From assembly GCA_031411295.1 (NCBI GenBank), contig JANOAV010000107.1, positions 1 through 23,219 on the forward strand: a stretch of 23,219 nucleotides of DNA, read 5' to 3'. The position numbers and the translations under genes were made by a program. Below are positions 7,700-17,800 of this stretch, in pieces. The notes beneath the pieces were generated by a model that searched no databases, was not told the origin of the DNA, and worked only from the letters and a program-made list of their open reading frames with translations. How positions within the stretch are numbered: the first letter of the stretch is position 1; every line of letters starts with the position of its first letter. Source of the stretch: Verrucomicrobiales bacterium. Its GTDB lineage: Bacteria; Verrucomicrobiota; Verrucomicrobiia; Verrucomicrobiales; V1-33.

Positions 7700-9070
7700 A
7701 TGACCAGTCTCTCCCGCACCCCTGTTCTCGCTGCCTTGAAAGCCACCGCTCCGTGTGACGAAATCCTCGTCTCTGGGTGGGTCCGCACGCGGCGTGATGC
7801 CAAAGCCTTTTCCTTCATTGAAATCAACGACGGCTCGTGCCTGCGCGGCCTGCAAGTCGTGGCGGATGTCGGTATTCCCGGCTATGACATCGTGCCAAAG
7901 CTGAACACGGGAGCCAGCGTGGAAGTGCGTGGTAAGTTGGTGCCCTCACAGGGAGTCGATCAACCGTGGGAAGTGCAGGCCGCTTCCCTGAGCTTGCTGG
8001 GTGAGGCGGATGAAACCTATCCGCTGCAGAAGAAACGCCACTCTGCTGAATTCATGCGCACGATTGCCCATCTGCGCCCGCGTTCGAATCTCTATGGCGC
8101 GGTGTTTCGGGTGCGCAGCAAGATGGCCCACGCGGTGCACTTATTCTTTCAGGATCGGGGATTCGTTTACGTGCACACGCCCATCATCACGGCCAGCGAT
8201 TGCGAGGGAGCCGGGGAAATGTTCCGCGTCTCCACGCTGCCCGTGGGGGAGGGGGATTTCACCAAGGATTTCTTTGGCAAGCAATCGTTCCTGACGGTTA
8301 GCGGTCAATTATCTGGAGAAACGTTCGCCTGTGCGCTGAGTAACATTTACACGTTTGGCCCCACCTTCCGGGCGGAGAATTCCAACACCACGCGTCATGC
8401 CGCTGAGTTCTGGATGATCGAGCCGGAAATGGCCTTCACCGATCTGCAAGGCGATATGGAGATGGCCGAGGCGCAGGTAAAATACATGGTGTCCTATGCG
8501 CTGGAACATTGTCAGGAGGATCTGGCGTTCTTCAACAAATTCGTCGATCAAGAACTGCTGGCCCGTCTGAAGTTCGTGGCGGAGCGGCCATTCCAGCGAG
8601 TGACTTATGATGAAGCCGTCGAGATCCTGCTGAAGTGCGGCCAGCAATTCGAGTATCCCGTGGAGTGGGGACTGAATTTGCAGAGTGAACATGAACGCTA
8701 CCTAACCGAAAAGCATTTCCAGTGTCCGGTCACAGTTTACAACTATCCAAAGGACATCAAGCCCTTCTACATGCGGCTTAACGAAGACGGTCGCACCGTG
8801 ACCGCCATGGATGTGCTGGTGCCTGGGATTGGTGAACTCATCGGCGGCAGTCAGCGGGAAGAGCGCCTGGATGTGCTGCTGGAGAACATGCGTCGTCACG
8901 GGCTCAGTGAGGAGGATTACTGGTGGTATGTGGACCTCCGCCGTTACGGCAGCGTGCCCCATGCGGGTTACGGCATGGGCTTCGAACGCTTACTGATGTT
9001 CGTCACGGGCGTTAGTAACATTCGCGACGTCATCCCCTACGCGCGCACCCCAGGCTCCGCCGATTTCTAA
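7700..9070 (+). CDS. asnS: Asparagine--tRNA ligase
   Basis: [98 protein letters not shown]. Confidence 0.98.
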   Translation: MTSLSRTPVLAALKATAPCDEILVSGWVRTRRDAKAFSFIEINDGSCLRGLQVVADVGIPGYDIVPKLNTGASVEVRGKLVPSQGVDQPWEVQAASLSLLGEADETYPLQKKRHSAEFMRTIAHLRPRSNLYGAVFRVRSKMAHAVHLFFQDRGFVYVHTPIITASDCEGAGEMFRVSTLPVGEGDFTKDFFGKQSFLTVSGQLSGETFACALSNIYTFGPTFRAENSNTTRHAAEFWMIEPEMAFTDLQGDMEMAEAQVKYMVSYALEHCQEDLAFFNKFVDQELLARLKFVAERPFQRVTYDEAVEILLKCGQQFEYPVEWGLNLQSEHERYLTEKHFQCPVTVYNYPKDIKPFYMRLNEDGRTVTAMDVLVPGIGELIGGSQREERLDVLLENMRRHGLSEEDYWWYVDLRRYGSVPHAGYGMGFERLLMFVTGVSNIRDVIPYARTPGSADF

Positions 9071-9085
9071 TCATTCGTCCATCCC

Positions 9086-9111
9086 AAATCATAAATCATA
9101 AATCATAAATC
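9086..9111. repeat. Heptamer tandem repeat (AAATCAT)x3.7 directly upstream of apt
   Basis: AAATCAT AAATCAT AAATCAT AAATC, ending 5 nt before the apt ATG. Confidence 0.85.
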
Positions 9112-9116
9112 TCCCC

Positions 9117-9656
9117 ATGCCGACCGATCCCACCAGCCACGCCCTGCTCGACGCTGCCATTCGCATTGTGCCGGACTTCCCCAAACCCGGCATTTCCTTC
9201 AAGGACATCACGCCCCTGCTGGCCAATCCTGAAATGCTGAAGTTAGCCATCGATAAACTGATGGACACCATGCAAGGCCAGCGAGTGGACAAGATCGTGG
9301 CGCTGGACGCGCGGGGATTCCTCTTCGGTGGAGCCATTGCCCCAAGACTTGGCGCAGGCTTGGTCCCCGTGCGCAAGCAGGGAAAACTGCCGTTCTCCAC
9401 GGAGGCAATCGCCTATGACCTGGAATATGGGTCGAACACCGTGGAGATCCACGTGGACGCCATCGCACCGGGGGAAAACGTCTGGATTATCGATGACGTG
9501 CTCGCCACGGGAGGCACCGCCAATGCCGCTGCACAGCTTGTCCAACGGCTTGGCGGCAACCTGCTGGGCATGTCCTTCTTGATGGAACTAACCTTCCTCA
9601 ACGGTCGTGATGCCCTGCCACCTGGCGTGCCCATTTACAGCGTGCTGGCTTATTAA
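9117..9656 (+). CDS. apt: Adenine phosphoribosyltransferase
   Basis: IRIVPDFPKPGISFKDITPLL, DARGFLFG, VPVRKQGKLP, YDLEYG, and PRPP-binding IIDDVLATGGT. Confidence 0.97.
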   Translation: MPTDPTSHALLDAAIRIVPDFPKPGISFKDITPLLANPEMLKLAIDKLMDTMQGQRVDKIVALDARGFLFGGAIAPRLGAGLVPVRKQGKLPFSTEAIAYDLEYGSNTVEIHVDAIAPGENVWIIDDVLATGGTANAAAQLVQRLGGNLLGMSFLMELTFLNGRDALPPGVPIYSVLAY

Positions 9657-9700
9657 GCAGCCTGAACACTCTGACAGCAGCAAGTTGATCCTAAGCGATA

Positions 9701-9824
9701 TTGACCCTGGCACTAGCACAACAACCAGACTTGGTAGTGCTGGACGTCATGCTGCCCAAGCGTGATGGCATTTCCGTTTATTCTGACCGTGCCCAAGGCA
9801 GGATACCGCTGGGCGGTCGATTAG
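9701..9824 (+). pseudogene. Remnant of an OmpR/PhoB-family response regulator with a large internal deletion
   Basis: 9701-9778 reads LTLALAQQPDLVVLDVMLPKRDGISV (receiver phosphoacceptor region). It is joined out of frame to 9780-9824, ILTVPKAGYRWAVD* (winged-helix C-terminal hairpin). Confidence 0.75.
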
Positions 9825-9922
9825 TCGATTAGCCAGTGCTATCGGGACCGGGTAAACGTCATTTATGTTACTTGCCGGAATTTCCGAATTGCGGTAAAAA
9901 CCTGTCTCCTTCCCCTCAACCC

Positions 9923-12900
9923 ATGTCCCGTTTTGCCTTTACTGCCCTGGTGGCTGCGCTTTGTCTCGCCTTTTTGAGGCCGGTGGATGCTGGGTTATTG
10001 ATTACGGAGTTCATGGCGAAGAATCAGTCCACGTTTGTCGATGAGGATGGAAATTCCTCGGACTGGATTGAGCTTTACAATGATGGCTCGGCAGGCGTGG
10101 ACTTGGATGACTATCATTTGACGGATGATCCACTCAGTCCGCTGAAATGGGCGTTGCCCTCACGGACGCTGGACGCGGGTTCCTACCTGGTGGTCTTTGC
10201 CTCGGGGAAAGATCGGCGCGTGGGCCAATTGCACACGAATTTCTCCCTCCATTCTTCCGGGGAATACATCGCCCTCACGGATCCGCTGGGCGTGGTGGTT
10301 TTCTCTTATGGGAATCCCTTTCCGCCCCAATCCGCCAATATTTCCTATGGTCTGTTGCAACCAGTGTCCGGCAGCCCGACCTCGTATTTCCTAACGCCCA
10401 CCCCTGGGGCGACGAATGCGGTGAGCGCGACGCTGAGCGACCCTCCGGTGCTGACGCCAACCAGTCGCACTTTTCTGGCTGCGCAGCAGGTAGTATTGAA
10501 CGCCCCGCCCGCAGGAGCGCTCTGGCGATACACGCTGGATGGCACCTTGCCGCTGGCTACGTCAGCCGTTTATACAGGTCCCATAACCTTAACCCAGACC
10601 ACACGCTTGCGGGCGCAGGCCTTCATTGGAGGCCAAGTCAAGAGTGTGCTGGGCGGAGCCACTTACCTGCAGGTAGCGACGGATGCGGCCACGGCTTCGT
10701 CAAATTTACCCTTGCTCGTAATCGATAATTTTACTGGCGGCAGGCCCACCAACGGCACGCTGGCGGAGTGGATGATCTTCGAGCCAGATATCCTGACGGA
10801 ACGGAGTTCGCTGGTGGTCGCGCCAGCTCTGGCTAGTCGCACGTTCATCAAGGTGCGGGGTTCCAGCACCGCCAATGATGCGAAGTATTCCCTGGCGCTG
10901 GAAGCGCGCAATCAGTTGGATCAGGATGTCAACGTGGAGCCGCTGGGATTGCCAGCCAACGCGGACTGGGTCCTCAATGCCCCGTATCTTTACGACCGCA
11001 CGCTGATTCATAATCGGTTCGCGTTCCTCCTGGAGGCAGAGTTGAATCACTATGCGGTGCGGACGCGGCAGGTGGAAGTGTATCTGAACACGGACGGCGG
11101 AGCGGTCTCGCAGGCGGATTATTTCGGTGTTTACACGCTGATGGAGAAGATTGAGCGTGATCCGAAACGCATTGATGTCGCGGAGTTAGGCGGGGCCGAT
11201 AATAGCTTGCCGGCGTTGAGCGGGGGTTATGTCTTCAAATTGGATCGGCCAGACCCTGGGGACGTGGGCGTGTCCATTAACAGTGGCCAAACTTATTACT
11301 TGGTGGACCCCAAGGAGCAGGAAATCACCGCTACCCAGCGCGCCTGGCTGCGGGGGTATCTCAATAGTTGGTGGAGCGCGTTGAACAGTTCCCAAGCGAG
11401 CAGCCCCTCCCAGGGATATGCTGCCTTCGTGGATGTGCCATCCGCGTTGGATCATCATTTGCTCAATGTGGCCATGAAGAATGTGGACGCGCTGCGCTTG
11501 AGCACCTATCTCTTCAAGGATCGGCAGGCGAAGCTGCACTATGGTCCGCTCTGGGACTTTGACCGGTCCATGGATTCACTGGATGGGCGGGACAATAACT
11601 TCAATACCTGGCGGGGGGAGACCGGGGATCTGGGCACGGATTATTTCCGCTACTACGAATGGAACCTCTATTTCCGTGACCCCAACTTCTGGCAGCAGTG
11701 GATCGATCGTTATGCAGAGCTGCGGCGGACGACTCTGGACGACGCTCATGTGGTGGGGTTGATCGAGGCTCTGGCCGCTGAGATTGCAGAAGCGCAGGCG
11801 CGAAATTTCGCGCGCTGGAGCACGGCCCCGCCCAGAACAAATTGGGCGTGGGAGATCCAACATATGAAAGACTGGCTGACCAGTCGCTGGCAGTGGATGG
11901 ATCAGCAATTCACCCGTCCCGCCACCAGTAATGCGCCGAGTCTGACCGGTGGCATTGTCTCGCCAGGGTTTCTGCTGGCTCTAACCTCCCCTAGTTTAAG
12001 CAAGCCCGGCGTGAAAATCTACTACACCCTGGACGGCACGGACCCACGGGAAGCCAGTGCTCCCCAGGATCCGAGTCTGGGTTTGGTAGTGGCCGGGTCA
12101 TCCGCCCGCGGGTTCCTGCCTACGAGCGACATCGGCCCGGCTTGGCGCGGCAGTGCGACCAGCCCCGATCCGTATGATGACTCGGGTTGGATCCAGGGCA
12201 CGAACGGGATCGGCTATGATGACACGACCGACTACGATCCGTATATCGGGATCAATTTTGAAGCCCCGAATCCAGTGATGAAGAATGTGCAAGGCACAGC
12301 CTACCAACGGATAAAGTTTACGCTCACCGCAGCGCAACTGGCCACCGTGCAACATTTGGAATTGCGGGCGCGCTTCGATGATGGATTCGTGGCGTTTCTC
12401 AATGGAGGGCAACTCGTGGCCCAAAATGCTCCCACCACCCTGGCTTGGAATTCTGAGGCCTCCACCGGTCATGCGGACAGCGATGCCCTGCAATGGACCT
12501 CCTACGATGTCTCCAGCAGCATTGCCCTGTTGCATGCGGGGGAGAACACCCTGGCCTGTCACGGCCTGAACACTCCCAAGTCCAGCACGGATTTCCTGTG
12601 CCAGGTGGAGTTACTAGCCAGTGCCAATGCAGTTGATTTCGCGGCGGGGGCCCTGGAATACACGGATCCGATTCCGATCCCGCAAAATACGCATCTGGTG
12701 GTGCGGGTCTTTGACCCGGCGGAACCAGTGCAGCCCTACCCCTATCAGTCGCCCGGCCCCGGTCAGTCCCCTACGGGATCGCACTGGAGTGCGCCCCTCC
12801 GTCTCAGTTTGTTCACCAATGCCGTGCCTGCCACCGCCCAGAATTTGGGACTCACGGAAATCATGTATCATCCCAGCGAGCCGTCCTCCAGCGAGCAGGG

Positions 12901-13720
12901 AGCCGGCTTCCGTCACAGTGATGATTTCCAATATCTCATCCTCAAGCACAGGGGAAATAGTCCTGTGAGCCTCGGCGGCATGCAATTCATTCAGGGGATT
13001 AACTTTCACGCAGAATTCACTCCCAACTCCCTCCTCCTGCCCGGAGCGTTCGTGGCCGTAGTTCGGAATGAAGCCGCCTTTCGCTTTCGCTACGGCATCA
13101 CGGTTCCCATTTTGGGGAGCTTCACGGAGCGGCTCAATCCGGATGGGGAATGGCTGAAGGCACTGAATGTGAATGGCTTCGATCTGCTGAACGTGACCTA
13201 CGATGACGTCTCCCCATGGCCGGAGGCAGCGGATGGGTATGGGTATTCGCTCGTGCTACGCGATCCCGCCGGGCTCGAACCGCCGGGCTCTGCCAGTAGT
13301 TGGCGTGCCAGCTTGGATCCAGGCGGGGAGGGGAGTCGCCTGGGCGCGCTTAGCTTCAGCCAATGGCAGGCCCGCTATTTTACAAATTCCACCGACTCCG
13401 CCCCGACGGCCGATCCGGACCACGATGGTTACGATAATCTCGTGGAATATGCGCTGGGGATTAACCCCACCGCATCTACGGTCAGTCCGCTGCGTTTCGT
13501 CAACGTGGGCGGAGTGTGCTGCATGGAATTCACTCGTCGCAAAGATCTGACCAATGTCACCGTCACGCCCCAGATCGGGGACACGCTGGGGAATTGGACC
13601 TCCGCCGTGACCGCTCCGCCGCTGACGAATACCGCTGGCACGGAGACGATTCACGTCCCCTTGCCAACCGGAAATGCGGCTGCGCGCGCTTTCTTTCGCG
13701 TGCTGGTGACCAAGCCTTAG
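9923..13720 (+). CDS. Secreted CotH-family kinase with lamin-tail domains, Fn3-associated/CHB_HEX_C-like domains and a C-terminal verrucomicrobial-type domain
   Basis: Likely start ATG 9923 (MSRFAFTALVAALCLAFLRPVDA, signal peptide); LTD LITEFMAKN...DWIELYN...PTPGATN; YTLDGTxP twice; CotH motifs KVRGSST, DWVL, YFGVYTLMEKIE, KNVD, GPLWDFD; FDDGFVAFLNG beta-sandwich; second LTD LTEIMYHP; DPDHDGYDNLVEYALG...FFRV. Confidence 0.88.
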   Translation: MSRFAFTALVAALCLAFLRPVDAGLLITEFMAKNQSTFVDEDGNSSDWIELYNDGSAGVDLDDYHLTDDPLSPLKWALPSRTLDAGSYLVVFASGKDRRVGQLHTNFSLHSSGEYIALTDPLGVVVFSYGNPFPPQSANISYGLLQPVSGSPTSYFLTPTPGATNAVSATLSDPPVLTPTSRTFLAAQQVVLNAPPAGALWRYTLDGTLPLATSAVYTGPITLTQTTRLRAQAFIGGQVKSVLGGATYLQVATDAATASSNLPLLVIDNFTGGRPTNGTLAEWMIFEPDILTERSSLVVAPALASRTFIKVRGSSTANDAKYSLALEARNQLDQDVNVEPLGLPANADWVLNAPYLYDRTLIHNRFAFLLEAELNHYAVRTRQVEVYLNTDGGAVSQADYFGVYTLMEKIERDPKRIDVAELGGADNSLPALSGGYVFKLDRPDPGDVGVSINSGQTYYLVDPKEQEITATQRAWLRGYLNSWWSALNSSQASSPSQGYAAFVDVPSALDHHLLNVAMKNVDALRLSTYLFKDRQAKLHYGPLWDFDRSMDSLDGRDNNFNTWRGETGDLGTDYFRYYEWNLYFRDPNFWQQWIDRYAELRRTTLDDAHVVGLIEALAAEIAEAQARNFARWSTAPPRTNWAWEIQHMKDWLTSRWQWMDQQFTRPATSNAPSLTGGIVSPGFLLALTSPSLSKPGVKIYYTLDGTDPREASAPQDPSLGLVVAGSSARGFLPTSDIGPAWRGSATSPDPYDDSGWIQGTNGIGYDDTTDYDPYIGINFEAPNPVMKNVQGTAYQRIKFTLTAAQLATVQHLELRARFDDGFVAFLNGGQLVAQNAPTTLAWNSEASTGHADSDALQWTSYDVSSSIALLHAGENTLACHGLNTPKSSTDFLCQVELLASANAVDFAAGALEYTDPIPIPQNTHLVVRVFDPAEPVQPYPYQSPGPGQSPTGSHWSAPLRLSLFTNAVPATAQNLGLTEIMYHPSEPSSSEQGAGFRHSDDFQYLILKHRGNSPVSLGGMQFIQGINFHAEFTPNSLLLPGAFVAVVRNEAAFRFRYGITVPILGSFTERLNPDGEWLKALNVNGFDLLNVTYDDVSPWPEAADGYGYSLVLRDPAGLEPPGSASSWRASLDPGGEGSRLGALSFSQWQARYFTNSTDSAPTADPDHDGYDNLVEYALGINPTASTVSPLRFVNVGGVCCMEFTRRKDLTNVTVTPQIGDTLGNWTSAVTAPPLTNTAGTETIHVPLPTGNAAARAFFRVLVTKP

Positions 13721-13804
13721 CAGCACAGCGCCAACGGAATCCGGGCGGAAGTCTGCAAGACGTGGGGCGGGCTTTTTGGCTTTCTTTTTAAAGCGCTTTT
13801 CCCG

Positions 13805-14164
13805 ATGCATCCTATTCCTCCTGCCAAATTATTTCGGCTGGGCGCGGTCTTTGCCGCCTTGTTGACGGCCCTCCTGCCATCCTGTGTCTCCATTGAAACT
13901 GCGGCCTTACCCGTTCCTCTGGTTGCCTCTGCCAGTCAACAAAATTACCAACAATTGCGCACTGGCCGGAAGTTATATTTGGGCAAGTGCACCAAGTGCC
14001 ACTCTCCCGAAGTGATTAAGAAATTCTCCCTCGAAGACTGGACGGGGGACATCATGCCCAGCATGGTAAAGAAATCCAAAATCAGTCCCGAAGAGGAATC
14101 TTGTCTCTTGGCTTACCTTACGACAGTTTCCAAAACCCCGACTCCGGTTCCAATCAAATCCTAG
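13805..14164 (+). CDS. Monoheme c-type cytochrome lipoprotein
   Basis: Lipobox-like LLPSC after a hydrophobic stretch; GRKLYLGKCTKCH (CxxCH); W...MPSM provides a candidate axial Met. Confidence 0.8.
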   Translation: MHPIPPAKLFRLGAVFAALLTALLPSCVSIETAALPVPLVASASQQNYQQLRTGRKLYLGKCTKCHSPEVIKKFSLEDWTGDIMPSMVKKSKISPEEESCLLAYLTTVSKTPTPVPIKS

Positions 14165-14225
14165 TCCGAGTCTTCTCTTACAACCATTTTTGGCATTAAA
14201 CTGACCGCTTGGTTGTCGGTCGCTG

Positions 14226-14264
14226 ACTGGCAGTCGCCCTTCTTGGGTGGCTGCCAGTTTTTTT
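14226..14264 (+). terminator. Rho-independent terminator
   Basis: ACTGGCAGTCGCCC-ttctt-GGGTGGCTGCCAGT, a 14-bp stem with two G-U pairs, followed by a T run, about 60 nt after the cytochrome stop. Confidence 0.8.
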
Positions 14265-14549
14265 GTTTATGGGCTCCTTGAGATCACTCCACCTCGCCCC
14301 TTCCGAAAACAGGAATCCGGGTCAAAAACTATTAAGAATTTATTCCCCTGGCAACTGGTTGTTCCGCCCAACTCACGCCCTATCAGGAAGTCGCGCCCGG
14401 TTTCGATAACGAAAAATTCAACGGTGATTATGGTGCGTCCAGCGGCATCTTCACAAACCACGCCTGTCGCGAACGATCTCACGCCGACCTCCGACGGAGG
14501 GCACTAAGGCAACATACCCAAATCATGGGGACACCAGTTGCACAGGGAA

Positions 14550-14815
14550 ACATGTAAAAACTATGCAATCCACAATTGGAATAGATTTACCGCCGAAGCG
14601 GATGTTTTTTTCATCAAGTAAAGCTTTTAAGAAATTAACCAAAATATTTCAAAATTGTTGACAATAAACGAAAATAATTCAAAATTATCACGCCGGATTC
14701 CCAGCTTTGCCGTTTTTATCAACCGTCATTGAAAGAATCGCGCCCTTAATTGCTAATTTATTTTAAAAATCACTTGCCGTTCAACTGGGTATAATTACAA
14801 TATTATCCGTAGCGG
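14550..14815 (+). promoter_or_regulatory. AT-rich promoter region of the giant adhesin with sigma70-like elements
   Basis: Sharp AT enrichment; TTGACA (14658-14663)-16 nt-CAAAAT; TTGCCG (14774-14779)-16 nt-TACAAT (14796-14801); TATAAT at 14790-14795. Confidence 0.5.
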
Positions 14816-14880
14816 TTTAATCCCAGTCCCCGTCACGGTTTTCAAACTATTTCCAAAGGGAATCTCAATCCACCACCAAA

Positions 14881-17800
14881 ATGTATTATCACGAGTGCCG
14901 ATTTCGCACGCGGGTCGCCAAACCAAACTCGCGCCACCGCAACGCTGCCACGGCGTTTTTCGTCATGTCCTCCAGAGCGTGGGCTGTGAGCTTTCTGCTG
15001 ACGTTCCTTAGTCTTCTGGCTTCCGCATCGGCGGCCCTGAACGTGCAGACATTTTTCATTCCGTTTCCGGAAACGGATTTCCAATCGTCGCTAAAAGCCA
15101 TCGATACGACCGGCACCCCTGTGGGCAATTCGATGAAGACGATCATTTCCATCGTGGTGCCCACTGCTGGAACTGTGATTCGCTACGACCACTGGGAGGA
15201 TGGCTATGAGGCGGACCTGAATGCGCCGGTGCAGCCGGGCACCCAGGTCTGGGGTGACGGTAATTTGGCAAATGGCGTGGCGCCTGGTTATCCCACGGAC
15301 ATTCTGCCTGCGGGGGCAGTTATTACGCTGAACAACAACGTCGCACTCCCCCGCAGTGCGACGACGCTGGCCTATGATGGACGCGACCGCATCGGCACGA
15401 CGGCGGCAGTTGCGGTGACCAGAGCCGGGTGGGGCATCGCCCCGGGCACGGTGCTGGCCAGCGCCACGGAGGTTTACGATACGAGGAAATACGGCACGGC
15501 TTACAAGATCCCGGTCGGCACCACTTCGGGCACCGCCCAGAACTTTGAATACTCCTCGCTTCACATCATCGCCGCACAGGACAATACCACCGTGCAGGTG
15601 GACCTTGACGGAAATGGCACGGTTGATCAAACCAAGGTGCTCAACCTTGGGGACTCCATGTTCGTCAACGGCGGGGTCAAAGCCGGTGCCACGGTGACTT
15701 CCACTAAGCCCGTTCAGGTTCACGAATTGACCGGGGACATCGGGTCCACTTACGAGGGGCGGACCCTGGCCATTCGTCCCACGAATCTTTGGGGCTCCAG
15801 TTACTATGCGCCGGTGGGAACCACCCTTGCAACCGAGGTTCATACGGTTTATTTTTACAATCCGGGAGCGGCAGCCATCACTGTCAATTACGAAACCAGC
15901 ACCGGCACCATCAGCGTGCCGGCCTATCCCGCCGTGGGTTACGATAACGCAAAGTTCTCCATGCCGATGAACAGCGGCGCGCATTTTTACACTGCCACTG
16001 GAGACCCGTTCTATGCCATCGGTGCCAATGACAGCGGGGCGGCCGCCACGGCCAACCAAACTCACGACTGGGGATATGCCCTGGTGCCGGAAAATTATCT
16101 TACCACTGGCCTCGTCATTGGTTTCGGCCCGGGCTCGGATGATTTGGTGGCTCCCACCGGTCCGGACCAGAACGGAAACCCTGTCTGGGTGACGCCCAAT
16201 GCCGACACCACTGTTTACGTAAACTACGCCGGGGATTTTACCATCGGCGCCCTGACTGCACCTAATGGGGCGAAATACGACATTGCCTACCCCGTCAAGA
16301 AACTCGCCTCGCAGACCATTTATGATCCGAACGACAAGGACATGACCAAGGCTCGGCTGTTCACCACGAATGGCGTAAAGCTGGCCGGTGCCTGGGGTGA
16401 GGATCCCTCCAAGGCCGGCCCGGGCTCCCCCTATCTGGACATGGGCACCACCATTGTCCCCTTCCCGCAGCCGGCAGTCACCAAGACCTCAGCCATTGTC
16501 GTTGATCTGAACAGCGACGGCAAGGCCGGCACGGGTGACACCATTGAATACCTTGTGCGGGTTGCCAATGAAGGTGTCGTCGATCTGGACAACACCATTG
16601 TGCTGGATGCCCTGCCCACTTCAGTGACCTACGTCCCGGGTTCCACCAAAATCAATGGCGTAAGCATTCCTGACAACAGCCTGCCCTCCTCGGTTTTCCC
16701 GGTGGATGAAAGCGGCTATGTGCTCAGTTCCATTCCTCCCGGCTCCTACACCGACGTGAAATACCGTGTCACGGTGAATGCGGGTGCTACCAGCATCATC
16801 AATAATGTCACCGTGAACGGCGGCTCCGTCACCCTGAGCACCAGCACCACCGTCCCGGTGGCTCCGAGCGGAGGCTCGACGGCATGTTCACTGGCGTTTA
16901 CCAACGCATCGGGTGCTGCGGCTCCCAGTTATGCCTCCGGCAGCGGCCTTTACGTTACCTTGACCGATGCTGATTCGGCTGGGAAGGGAGCCCAGAGCGT
17001 CGTTGTGAAAAACACCACCACAGGAGATATTGAGACCATCTCCCTCACCGAGACCGCGCCGAACAGCGGCATCTTCCGCAATACCAGTCCGCTACCTTCA
17101 AGTATCACCGCCGGTCTGTCCCAGGGAGATGGAACTCTTTATTCCCCTATCGGCAGCCTCCTGCAGGCGACCCACACGGATGCCGCCTTTGGCGATGTCT
17201 GCACCGCCAACAGTGCCATCGCCGTTCCGTCACTGACCAAGAAACTGTATCTCAACGGTGCCGGCGGGACGCTGGCTGACGGACTCGACCGTATTGACCC
17301 GGTGGCTGCGAACGATACCAGCACGTCTCAGACGAGCGCACTTGCCTCGTCGGCCACTACCAAGGCCTCCTTCACAACTTCAGGGGCCAACTCCTGGACT
17401 GTCCCCGCAGGTGTTACTTCCATCACCGTGAAGTCATGGGGTGCTGGCGGCGGCGGCGGCGGTGGCGGAAGCGCGTCAGCCGGTGGCGCAGGCGGCGGTG
17501 GCGGCTATGCCACCACCACGATTGCCGTTACTCCCGGTGAAACTTTGACCGTCCCCGTGGGCGGGGGCGGAGGCGGGGGCGCGATCCTCACTGTAGGCAC
17601 TTTGGTAGGGACCGGTGGTGGCGGCGGCGGCTGGTCGGGGGTCAAGCGGGGGACGACGACCTTGATCGCAGCTGCTGGCGGCGCTGGCGGTGGTGGCGGC
17701 GATGACGGCGCAACCAACGCCGGTGGGGCAGGTGGGGCGGGTGGAGCCACCACGGGTGTCACGGGTGGAACTGGAGGAAGCCCAACGGCACCGGGAGTCG

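Noticed and set aside
14247..14545. ORFs 14247-14507 and 14267-14482, and a possible c-di-GMP riboswitch (CCAGTTGCA near 14534)
   Set aside because: The ORFs lack motifs and one starts inside a terminator; the GGCAAA/GAAA/GACGCAAA core of the c-di-GMP-I riboswitch is absent.
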